Shown here: positions 1 to 7,976 of the stretch, piece by piece
Layout: every line of letters begins with the position of its first letter
Position numbering within the stretch: the first letter of the stretch is position 1
Assembly (NCBI GenBank): GCA_019058015.1
Contig: JAHLWH010000208.1
Coordinates: 1 to 17,216 of the forward strand
From: Promethearchaeota archaeon
GTDB taxonomy: Archaea; Asgardarchaeota; Lokiarchaeia; Sigyniarchaeales; SOKP01
Reading direction: 5' to 3'
DNA length: 17,216 nt
The notes under the pieces: generated by a model
What the model saw: only the letters and a program-made list of their open reading frames with translations
Database searches by the model: none
Told to the model about the DNA's origin: nothing
Translations under genes and position numbers: made by a program

Positions 1-1440
1 ATTCCCGATCCATTTATATCCACTATGGCTCCGCTAACATGTTTATAGGGTATTTCGAACTCTCTATATGATACTGTAATATTTAAACTCTGATTTGTAT
101 ATAGTGTAATTGATGGTACGACTGTTTTTTCTGCCCCATTTAGATATAATGTTAAATTTGTTTCTATTCGTATTATTTCTATTGTAAGGAAAATCATTTG
201 AGGTTCATAGTTATCTTTATGAGCATAAATTGTTAAAAAATTTGCTCCGGGATTTAAATCTGTCGTATCTATAAGTACTGAATAATTGGTTCCAAATTCA
301 TTAAAAACCTCAGAAATTCCAGGTCCATTTATTTCTACTGTAGCACCACTAACATGATTGTAGGGACTTGCAGCCTTTTGATACGATACTGTAATATTTA
401 AACTCTGATTTTTATATTTTGTAATTGATGGTACATCAGTTATGTCTGTCCCATCTATATATAATGTTAAATTTGTTTCTATTTGTATTATTTCAATAGT
501 AAGTAAAATCGTGTGAGGTTCATACTTATCTTTACGAGCATAAATTGTTAAAAAATTTGCTCCTTGATTTAAATCTGTCGTATCTATAAGTACTGAATAA
601 TTGGTTCCAAATTCATTAAAAACCTCAGAAATTCCAGATCCATTTATTTCTACTATAGCGCCGCTCACATGGCTGTAGGGACTTGCAACCTCTTGATACG
701 ATACTGTAATATTTAGAATCTGATTTGTGTATTGTTTAATCGATGGAATGGGCGTAATATCTGTCCCATTTATATATAATGTTAAAGTTGTTTCTATTTG
801 TATTACTTCTATTGTGAGTAGTATTGATTGAGGTTCATAAGTTTCTTTTTGAGCATAGACAGTCAAAAAATTCACCCCTAGATTTAAATACGTCGAATTT
901 ATTTCTACGGAATAATTATTGAAAGCCTCAACAAATTGTTTAGATATTCCTGATCCATTTATATCCACTGTAGCACCACTAATATGTTCCATCAAGATAG
1001 AATCTCTATAGGAGACGGTAATATTTAACAGCTCATTATCGGTTAATTGGTAAGATGGATCAGCTGTTTTTTCTGTTCTATTGAAGTATAAACTGTAAGT
1101 AGTTCCTCTTTCAAAAACTGTAATAGTTAATAGTTCCGAACTATACGAATAGTTATCTTTTTGAGCAGTAATAGTTAAAAACTTTACGCCGACACCTAAT
1201 TCTGTTGAATTTAAAGTTAAGTTATAGTGTTGGAACGATATACTTTCGTTAAAATTTTTATCTACGTCCGTTCCTATTAATTTTACCGTGGCATTATTAA
1301 TAAAAGTTCCACTTGTTTCATTATCTTTAAATTTTACCGTAATATTCAAAAATTCTCCTGCTTTAACATTATAAGATTTATTACTCGTGCAATCGCTACC
1401 ATTTATGAAAATATCATCTAAATATGCTTCTCTTTCAATA
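1..1440 (-). repeat. Intragenic tandem repeat, ~312-321 nt (~105 aa) unit, 4 full copies plus one cut by the window edge
   Basis: The anchor encoding NITV(S/K) recurs at about 71, 386, 701, 1013 and 1334 (spacings 315, 315, 312, 321). Segment 251-322 is identical to 566-637 (72 nt). Consensus approx. ETxLTLYxNGT..PSI..YxNQxLNITVSY....HVSGAxVxINGSGIS..FxEF..NYSVxIxTTxLNxGxNFLTIYAxKxxYEP. Confidence 0.95.
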
Positions 1441-3923
1441 ATTTCAATTTTTATTAAAATAGATTGAGGCTCATAACCGTATTCATCTACATCAATAATT
1501 AAAGAATGAAGTTTATTTACTTCATATGCAGAACTATTACAAGTTATGTTATATACTCCTGGATCACCCATAACAGTATGAGTATCTCCATTCCAATTAA
1601 CTATGGGAGTCGTTATAATACCATTGCTGGATTTTTTTTCTGTATAATTAAGATGGATCGTAAAATTTTGATTCCATGGAACTTGTAAATAAGGATATTC
1701 TTCAGCTGTAAGTATGGTTTCTTTAATTACATGAATTGTTATGTTTGTTGTACAATCTAAATATAATGGAGAAGTCGCATTAATCTTTAAGGTATTATTA
1801 CCCCCTACTGCACCGCTCACGTTAAAATCTTCAAGTAAATAATAACCTCCTCCTATATAAATAAAATTTTGGATTCCATTAGTAAAATTTTTCACGGAAA
1901 CTTGAGCATTTTCTATAGGATAATTATTTTCGGGATCTTTAAGCTCAACTTTTAAATTTAATGTAGTGTCTTCATAAACATTTTCATAATAATCTTGAAT
2001 AGGTGTTAAAATAGAATCATGTTTTACGGTAAATTTTTTGTAAATTACACCAGTTTCATTTAACCCATAAGATGAATAAGAATTATTCCAAATAATAATA
2101 ACATCATACTCTCCTACTTCATAAGCGGGAGGCGAAGACGGTATTTGAAAATAATCAAAATAGATCAATCCGTTCTCATCAGGTGATTTTAATTGAGTTT
2201 TTTCACTCCAAATTGTACCGTTCGGAAACCTTATAAGACGAGTTGCTTTTGTATCTTGAATATATGCAGAGATTAAACCAGTATTCGATATTTTGGCTGT
2301 AATATTGACGTAATCTCCGCTTATAAATTCATTATCTGGTGTCCAATCATTACCAGTAGGAGTATTTGTAGTATTTTTGAAAATATTTAATTGCTCGCAA
2401 TAATTGGGTGATAATGCTTCAAACTTCCAAAAGCCATCTGGTGTGGCAGATATTTCAGAAACATCTACTATTAATAATCCTGCTGTTGAGTTATCACATG
2501 AATCTAAATCTAATTTATTAGTAAGGGGGTCTGAAGGGTAGGAAACCCATGTGATATTTACATCAGTCGGAAATTCAAGTCTCATTTCTGTTTCAGCGTA
2601 TGCCGTTGGAACTGAGGTATATCCATAACATTCCCAATTTACTAAACTATCATTACTTACAGAGAAACTGGTACCTAATGAAGCTGTATTTGTCTCATAA
2701 TTAGTTTCCGGAGAAGATTTGTTCGCAAAAAGATTTAGATCTGTTTTAAAATCGACATCATAACCACCCAATTCCGAGGGCCAAACCTTACCACTGCTAA
2801 AATTAGCGTGCACCCAAGGATATTGGGTACCATCCCAATTACCATCGATTTCTACAATTCCTTCACCCCAATCAATATCATTCACATAATTAGTCTGATT
2901 AATATGCAAATCAATTTGTTCGGGTTTAGCTTCTGCTTTTACGATTAAAGATACATTATCAATAAGGACTTGTTGATATGACCCATAAGCTTGATAACCC
3001 AAGGATGCCCCATTTCTTATTAATTGTATCGTAAGATTCATATTTTTTACTCCCGTTGGGAATACAGTATCATCATTCAGCCAATTCGTTAACTGTAATT
3101 TCAAGGGTGCCCAACCACCATTTCCAGTTATTTCTATCCATATAAGATTTTTATCATCAATTAATACACCATTTATGATAATTTGAACGCTCCAATGTGT
3201 TCCGTATTCGCCTGTTCCTCCACCTTGTGGATTATACTGCGTCCAAGGATACATCATAAGATCTAATTCACCCTCAATCACCTTTCCCCTTGGCAAAGTG
3301 AAATTCGACTCCCACCAACATTTATCGAATTTATCATACGAGTTACCAAAGGCTCCGTTCATTCTTAATTCCATGACATCATTACCAGTCCCAGTAGGAT
3401 CGTCAGTGCTATCAAAATAATTTCCGCTCATATCATTGCTATATCCTACAATATCGAATTCACCCCATGTCCAATTTTGAAGATAAATACTATCATCTTC
3501 AGGACAGTCGTTATCATTATCATCAGGTCCAGCGTGGAAAGTTCCATTGACCCAATTTCTTTTATCATATAAATCCTTAATAGTAGCGTTTAGTTTATAT
3601 CCTATCCAATCAATATCCAAAGGCATATTTTTAATATCATATGAGTTATTTTCAAAACTTACTTCTAAGTTATTATCCGTTCGATTTGCCCAATGAGTTA
3701 AATTCCATGCAGCACCAATGCCATCATAAAAATTATCTGAGGTTAAACTTTGGGACCTTAAGTCATTATTTTCCAATTCCTTTATAGTATCATCATTGGG
3801 ATTATCAAAATATCCATTTTCATTTGTGTAAATATTGGGTGTAATGAAACTTAAAGAGAAGATTATCATTAAACTAATTAAAATTAATATTTTTTTGTAA
3901 TCATAACTGTTTTTTTTATTCAA
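1..3923 (-). CDS. Large predicted surface glycoprotein (>1300 aa, C-terminus beyond left edge), paralog of 7977..11657, with tandem ~105-aa beta-rich repeats
   Basis: Not in ORF track because no stop lies in the window. Manual translation from TTG at 3923 gives MNKKNSYDYKKILILISLMIIFSLSFITP..., and the frame is still consistent at 3540, 1640 and 3-20 (...DINGSG). It has a hydrophobic N-terminal signal segment and many N-x-S/T sequons. Motifs are collinear with the 1226-aa paralog (DNPND, SPNY, PNGTIWS, GEY.V.I.W, GGG.Y, PW..N). AGGT SD-like sequence lies upstream. Confidence 0.9.
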   Translation of the reverse strand, partial: MNKKNSYDYKKILILISLMIIFSLSFITPNIYTNENGYFDNPNDDTIKELENNDLRSQSLTSDNFYDGIGAAWNLTHWANRTDNNLEVSFENNSYDIKNMPLDIDWIGYKLNATIKDLYDKRNWVNGTFHAGPDDNDNDCPEDDSIYLQNWTWGEFDIVGYSNDMSGNYFDSTDDPTGTGNDVMELRMNGAFGNSYDKFDKCWWESNFTLPRGKVIEGELDLMMYPWTQYNPQGGGTGEYGTHWSVQIIINGVLIDDKNLIWIEITGNGGWAPLKLQLTNWLNDDTVFPTGVKNMNLTIQLIRNGASLGYQAYGSYQQVLIDNVSLIVKAEAKPEQIDLHINQTNYVNDIDWGEGIVEIDGNWDGTQYPWVHANFSSGKVWPSELGGYDVDFKTDLNLFANKSSPETNYETNTASLGTSFSVSNDSLVNWECYGYTSVPTAYAETEMRLEFPTDVNITWVSYPSDPLTNKLDLDSCDNSTAGLLIVDVSEISATPDGFWKFEALSPNYCEQLNIFKNTTNTPTGNDWTPDNEFISGDYVNITAKISNTGLISAYIQDTKATRLIRFPNGTIWSEKTQLKSPDENGLIYFDYFQIPSSPPAYEVGEYDVIIIWNNSYSSYGLNETGVIYKKFTVKHDSILTPIQDYYENVYEDTTLNLKVELKDPENNYPIENAQVSVKNFTNGIQNFIYIGGGYYLLEDFNVSGAVGGNNTLKINATSPLYLDCTTNITIHVIKETILTAEEYPYLQVPWNQNFTIHLNYTEKKSSNGIITTPIVNWNGDTHTVMGDPGVYNITCNSSAYEVNKLHSLIIDVDEYGYEPQSILIKIEIIEREAYLDDIFINGSDCTSNKSYNVKAGEFLNITVKFKDNETSGTFINNATVKLIGTDVDKNFNESISFQHYNLTLNSTELGVGVKFLTITAQKDNYSYSSELLTITVFERGTTYSLYFNRTEKTADPSYQLTDNELLNITVSYRDSILMEHISGATVDINGSGISKQFVEAFNNYSVEINSTYLNLGVNFLTVYAQKETYEPQSILLTIEVIQIETTLTLYINGTDITPIPSIKQYTNQILNITVSYQEVASPYSHVSGAIVEINGSGISEVFNEFGTNYSVLIDTTDLNQGANFLTIYARKDKYEPHTILLTIEIIQIETNLTLYIDGTDITDVPSITKYKNQSLNITVSYQKAASPYNHVSGATVEINGPGISEVFNEFGTNYSVLIDTTDLNPGANFLTIYAHKDNYEPQMIFLTIEIIRIETNLTLYLNGAEKTVVPSITLYTNQSLNITVSYREFEIPYKHVSGAIVDINGSG

Positions 3924-4086
3924 AATACTCAACCTATATTTTTTCCAATTGTTATAAACATTATTTTATAAATATGTAAATAATATTAAAAAATCTGATT
4001 ATATATAATTAGCTTAAAGTGATAAAATAAAATTTAACAAAAAAAATAAAGGAAATTTTAAATAATATGTTAGGGGTTGATTTTAA
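3924..4086. promoter_or_regulatory. Putative bidirectional archaeal promoter region, cassette 1
   Basis: 163-bp spacer between head-to-head starts. A palindromic TATA element TTATATATAA at 3999-4008 sits almost exactly central. Blocks shared with the second spacer: AATAAAATTTAA and TTTTCC(A/T)ATTGTT. A G-rich SD-like element (AGGGGT) precedes ATG 4087. Confidence 0.6.
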
Positions 4087-5340
4087 ATGATTCAAGGTAT
4101 TTTAATTTTTAAGTTTATTCTAAATCAAACAGAAACGGGCGAATTTGTACCGGAATTCAGACCGATAAAACTAGTTTTTAATAATCAAAAATTCACTGAA
4201 GCTAATTATTCGGAATTAATTGTTCAAAATGATATTTTTGGAATATTTTATCAACATACAACTGGAATAGTTGCAGATAAAGGTGTTTTTAGTAATTTTT
4301 ACTCAGGAAGGTTAAAAGAAACATCTTATCAAATTATGTCATATTTCAGACAAGAAACAGATGGTTCTCAATATATAACGATAGCAATTTTTGAATTAGA
4401 GGATGAGCTCGAAATATTTTTAGAGATAATTAAAAATATGGCAGAAAGTTTAAATACCATATTCGAGACATTAGTAAAAATAAATGAATTACAGCAAATT
4501 TCTCTGCTTGATAAAATGATTTCTAAATTTGAAAGTGTAATAAAATTTGCTATCTTTCAAATTGATCGTTTATCTGAATTAGATAAAATACAGAAAGCAG
4601 CTTTGATTTTTCATAGTAAAGAGAGATTAAAAATATTAGAACTGTTACGAGAAAAACCTATCTCAAAAAAAGAATTGAAAAATGAGTTGGAAAAAATAAA
4701 AGAGAATCCAAATGTAGATGTGTTATTGGATCCTTTCTTAGAATTAAACTTAATAAAACGTGATTGGATTAAAGGGAAGAGAGATAAACAAACGGGTATA
4801 ATTAAAAATCAAGGTGAATATTTATTTTTAACAAAAGATATATTCTTTGTCCGAATCCCAAATATAAAATTATTAAATCATTTAAAAGAAATCAATCATG
4901 AGTTATATCCTAAATATGAACAAAAAGTAGTTGATTTCTTTTCTAAGTACGATCCTAATACACAGTCCATTGAAGAAACGAAATATTTAGCTTCTATTCT
5001 TTTGAATCCAGATGTATATGATTTTTTCGTTTTAATGAGAAGTAAATATTATCCCTTAGATAAAATGCCAAATATTTTTTCAGAATTCGCCGATACTGTA
5101 ATGATATTAAATGATTTAAAAGAGTATAATGTGATAACTGAGATAAAAGATAAGAGCAATAGGAGTTGGATATTCCTATTAACTGATATTAAACCGCTAA
5201 TATTTTTTCCAGAATACTTACTTCTTAAAGTTAGAGAAGCTTATAAAAATGAAAATAAAGATGAAAGGTTATCATATGAAATTGCTAAGAAAGCTCTTGA
5301 TTTATTAGAAGTTGCATATCCTGAGAAAGTCGATTTTTAA
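4087..5340 (+). CDS. Conserved hypothetical cytoplasmic protein (417 aa); predicted N-terminal longin/uDENN-like domain plus tandem winged-helix domains
   Basis: Long ORF with no TM segment, about 78% identical to 11827..13074. ERLKILELLREKPISKKELKNEL...LLDPFLELNLI resembles an ArsR-type wHTH. A second wHTH-like segment is LNPDVYDFFVLMRSK...ILNDLKEYNVI. The longin-like assignment rests on pattern only. Confidence 0.9.
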   Translation: MIQGILIFKFILNQTETGEFVPEFRPIKLVFNNQKFTEANYSELIVQNDIFGIFYQHTTGIVADKGVFSNFYSGRLKETSYQIMSYFRQETDGSQYITIAIFELEDELEIFLEIIKNMAESLNTIFETLVKINELQQISLLDKMISKFESVIKFAIFQIDRLSELDKIQKAALIFHSKERLKILELLREKPISKKELKNELEKIKENPNVDVLLDPFLELNLIKRDWIKGKRDKQTGIIKNQGEYLFLTKDIFFVRIPNIKLLNHLKEINHELYPKYEQKVVDFFSKYDPNTQSIEETKYLASILLNPDVYDFFVLMRSKYYPLDKMPNIFSEFADTVMILNDLKEYNVITEIKDKSNRSWIFLLTDIKPLIFFPEYLLLKVREAYKNENKDERLSYEIAKKALDLLEVAYPEKVDF

Positions 5341-5348
5341 AAATAAAA

Positions 5349-5356
5349 TTTTTTTT
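5349..5356 (+). terminator. Oligo-T tract, candidate archaeal intrinsic terminator
   Basis: T8 run 8 nt after the stop of 4087..5340. The AT-rich background weakens the signal. Confidence 0.4.
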
Positions 5357-5395
5357 AAATTAAAAATTACTGATAGACGAAAATTTTTATCTTAA

Positions 5396-6009
5396 ATCTC
5401 ATTTAACTACGCCTTGAAGAAATATAAAAAAGAGAAAGTTTCTTCCAAAATTATAAAGCGAATGATCGGAACTCCTTTATACGAGATGTTTAGAGAAATA
5501 ACATATGAATCACCTGAAAAATATGTATCCGCCTTCCGCGATTTCTATGGAAAGAAGGGAATTTATCAATCAAAATTAATTAAAGGTGTAAAGAAAAAAT
5601 TAAAAGAATTAAAAGAAAGTGGGTTTCTCTTAGGAGTGTTATCTTCAAAAAAACATGAAATGGTCTATAATATTCTAAAAATCTTAAAAATAAACCACTT
5701 TTTTGATTTATATTTAGGAGAAACCGAGCAGAGAAAGAAAAATACGATCCAATTACTAAAAAAATATTAAATGAAAAATTTCCTAGTAAAAAAATAATTG
5801 TAATTGGAGATCATATAAATGATCGCAAGGTTGCAGAAATGTTTGGTTGTCCATTTATTGGCCTTTTAACGGGAACAACATCTAAACAAAAATTAATAGA
5901 TAATCTATTAGTTCCTCATACAGTATTAAAAAAAATAAGAGATATTGATTCCAGTATAATTTATTCAATATTAAAAGAAAAACGAAAAATTACAATTTAT
6001 TTTAATTGA
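5396..6009 (+). pseudogene. HAD-superfamily phosphatase (phosphoglycolate-phosphatase-like), 5'-truncated and frameshifted
   Basis: The first frame reads ISFNYALKKY...MIGTPL...LIKGVKKKLKELKESGFLLGVLSSK (cap region plus motif II), but no DxD motif I is found upstream (TAA at 5393). After a frameshift near the A-rich stretch at ~5735-5765, the -1 frame reads ...KKIIVIGDHINDRKVAEMFGCPFIGLLTG... (motif IV GDxxxD) to TGA at 6007-6009. Confidence 0.85.
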
Positions 6010-6312
6010 TTCATAATCGGCTTGGAGGATAATTGAATAGATTGAATCAATCTCAACGTTTTATTTTTTCATTTTCTCGACGTCCTCTTTCCAATTCTTG
6101 GAGAAGTTCCTCCACTGTGTTCTTTTTTAAAGATTTAAAACATAAATCAAATTTTTTCTAGTCTTTATTATAGTGATAAAAGTTTTTTCTCTCACCAATT
6201 ATTATTTCCTCTCTTAATAGGAATAATAAAAATTTTTAGGCGTTTGGAAATGTTAGAGATAAAATTTTTCCTTTATCGAATCTTGCAAGTATAAAAAATT
6301 ACGAGTTAAGAT

Positions 6313-6621
6313 TTAATTTTCTATTTTTTCTAAAATACTATCCTTAATAATTGGTGTAAATTTTTTTAGAAGAATTATATAAAGAATAGTGAAAAAAAAT
6401 GCTAGAAAAAACGTCATTGGGACAATATAACTCACTTCCATACCAACAGCTTTTCCTAAATGGCGAAATGTTTCTCTACTAAAAGTTTGTTGATCCAAAA
6501 TCCATGATAAATAGGTAAACCATAAAAAAACTAAAATTAAAGAAGATATCAAAATAATTACTTGATATTTTGCTTGAATTCTTAGTTTTCTTAATTCCTC
6601 TTTTAATTTTTCATCTTTCAT
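6313..6621 (-). CDS. Small hypothetical membrane protein (102 aa, 2 TM)
   Basis: Two hydrophobic stretches (VIILISSLILVFLWFTYLSWIL; YIVPMTFFLAFFFTILYIILL) with charged termini. Its ATG overlaps the end of the upstream ORF by 11 nt and is preceded by GAGG. Confidence 0.75.
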   Translation of the reverse strand: MKDEKLKEELRKLRIQAKYQVIILISSLILVFLWFTYLSWILDQQTFSRETFRHLGKAVGMEVSYIVPMTFFLAFFFTILYIILLKKFTPIIKDSILEKIEN

Positions 6622-6892
6622 TCAATTTTTTTTCCTCTTTAAATAACTTTTCAATTTTCTTTTCCGCAGACCTTATAATAAAATAAGACGCTATTGCACC
6701 TTCACCTCCAAAAACTGTGCAGCCTATAGACCAGGCAGAGATTTCAATATCCGGTATTATTTGAATAAGGTCATAGGAGAGCATCGCAGTTCCATAAAAT
6801 AAAATCGAGAGGAAAATAAACTGAAGATATTTTATTACAATAATGAACTTTTGAAGTTTTTCCTTTTCTAAAGCGTAAGACAAATAATTCAC
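6611..6892 (-). CDS. Small hypothetical membrane protein (93 aa, 2 TM)
   Basis: GTG start, two hydrophobic stretches (second one Gly-rich with an embedded Glu: WSIGCTVFGGEGAIASYFII) and a charged helical C-terminus. Overlaps the next gene. Confidence 0.7.
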   Translation of the reverse strand: MNYLSYALEKEKLQKFIIVIKYLQFIFLSILFYGTAMLSYDLIQIIPDIEISAWSIGCTVFGGEGAIASYFIIRSAEKKIEKLFKEEKKLNER

Positions 6893-7006
6893 CCCAAGTT
6901 TAAAAATAAAATAAACAGAATTTACTTAAAAACATTATGAGAATATGGTTTAAAAAAGAATTTGTCAATTAATTTACTGAATTTTGCAACCAACCAAAAT
7001 AAGAAT

Positions 7007-7777
7007 TCATTTTAATACTGCAAATTCATTTATGAAATTCAGAATTTCAGAAAATAATAAATCCTCATCAGGAATTTTTAAGATGGGGTGATCACTATTT
7101 TCAAGCCAAATTTTTTTTTTATTTTTGGAGTTTATCATTCCATAAATCTTATCCATACTTAAGGTTTTAATCACGCCATCTAACCTTCCTTGAATTAATA
7201 GAGTAGGACAGGTAATTTTCGGATAATATTTTTTAAATTATTTAATTATTTTGAATAGTCTTGTTCCAGCTTTTAGAGGAAATTTATCATATCCCACCCA
7301 CGCACCATCTGTTTCTTTTTCAAATTCATCTATAGGAAGAGGATAAGATTTAATAAAATATTTTATTAACGGAAGCAATTTTGGTAAGATTCCTTTAATT
7401 CCTATAGGAGCACTTATCGTAAATATTGCATCGGGATTTTTTATAGCTCCTAAATATAAACTAAAAATTGCCCCCATACTATGCCCTCCAACAACAATCT
7501 TTTTTGCTTTTTGCTTTAAGAAATTATATTCTACTTCAAGATCTTCCATCCAAGCAGAGATCGGTGTATCTTTCAATTCTTCTGGTGTTGTTCCAAATCC
7601 GGATAACAACGGAACTCTTACTGTAAAACTTCCTTTATTATGCAAAAATTCTGCCATTGGCTTTAAATCGGCTGCAGTTCCGCCACCTCCTCCATGTAAT
7701 AATAAGACACCAATATCATTTCCTTCAAAATAGAAAGGACCAGCACCTGGCATTATATTACGATTAGAATTGTCCAT
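7007..7777 (-). pseudogene. Alpha/beta-hydrolase carboxylesterase (Est30/YvaK-like) interrupted by one in-frame TAA at 7238-7240
   Basis: PFYFEG..IGVLLLHG and nucleophile elbow GHSMG lie in the annotated part. The same frame continues past TAA as FKKYYPKITCPTLLIQGRLDGVI...IWLENSDHPIL... to TGA at 7007-7009, which supplies the catalytic Asp and His (256 codons in total). Could be a sequencing error. Confidence 0.88.
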
Positions 7778-7922
7778 TTTAATTTACTCTTTTATCATAT
7801 TGTATTTATTAATATTATATGAAAAACATAATTTCAAATATTTATACCTTGTAAGAAAGAATATTCAATTTATTTATTTAATTTTAGAAATAAATTTGGA
7901 TTTGAAAAGGTAAAATTGTGTC

Positions 7923-7950
7923 AAAAAAAAATTTTAAAATCTATAAAAAA
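7923..7950 (-). terminator. Oligo-T tracts downstream of the 1226-aa gene
   Basis: Plus-strand A9 (7923-7931) and A6 (7945-7950) are T-tracts on the coding strand 27-55 nt after the stop. Confidence 0.4.
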
Positions 7951-7976
7951 GAAAGGATTTTTAGTCTATTTTTAAT

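Larger units (their letters stand above)
3720..5340. repeat. Segmental duplication, copy 1 (copy 2 approx. 11460..13074): 5' end of surface gene, divergent spacer and whole cytoplasmic gene
   Basis: DNA similarity is visible by eye, e.g. GAATTAATTGTTCAAAATGATATTTTTGGAATATTTTATCAACATACAAC occurs in both plus-strand genes and CATCATT(G/A)GGATTATCAA in both surface-gene 5' ends. The offset is about 7735-7740 bp. The left boundary is approximate. Confidence 0.85.

Noticed and set aside
1-1440. Repeats as a CRISPR array or DGR template/variable repeat pair
   Set aside because: Units are ~315-nt in-frame coding domains with no repeat-spacer structure. Differences are not adenine-specific, and there is no reverse transcriptase or cas gene in the window.
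1506-1688. 60-aa plus-strand ORF in the track
   Set aside because: Antisense shadow of the large minus-strand gene 1..3923.
6010-6300. Possible minus-strand gene relic ending ...KKNTVEELLQELERGRRENEK* (antitoxin-like C-terminus)
   Set aside because: Short, interrupted by TAG, with no clear start or diagnostic motif. Cannot be supported without a tblastx search.
7238-7240. Stop-codon recoding or readthrough of TAA
   Set aside because: TAA is the ordinary stop for most intact genes here, and no other long ORF has internal stops.
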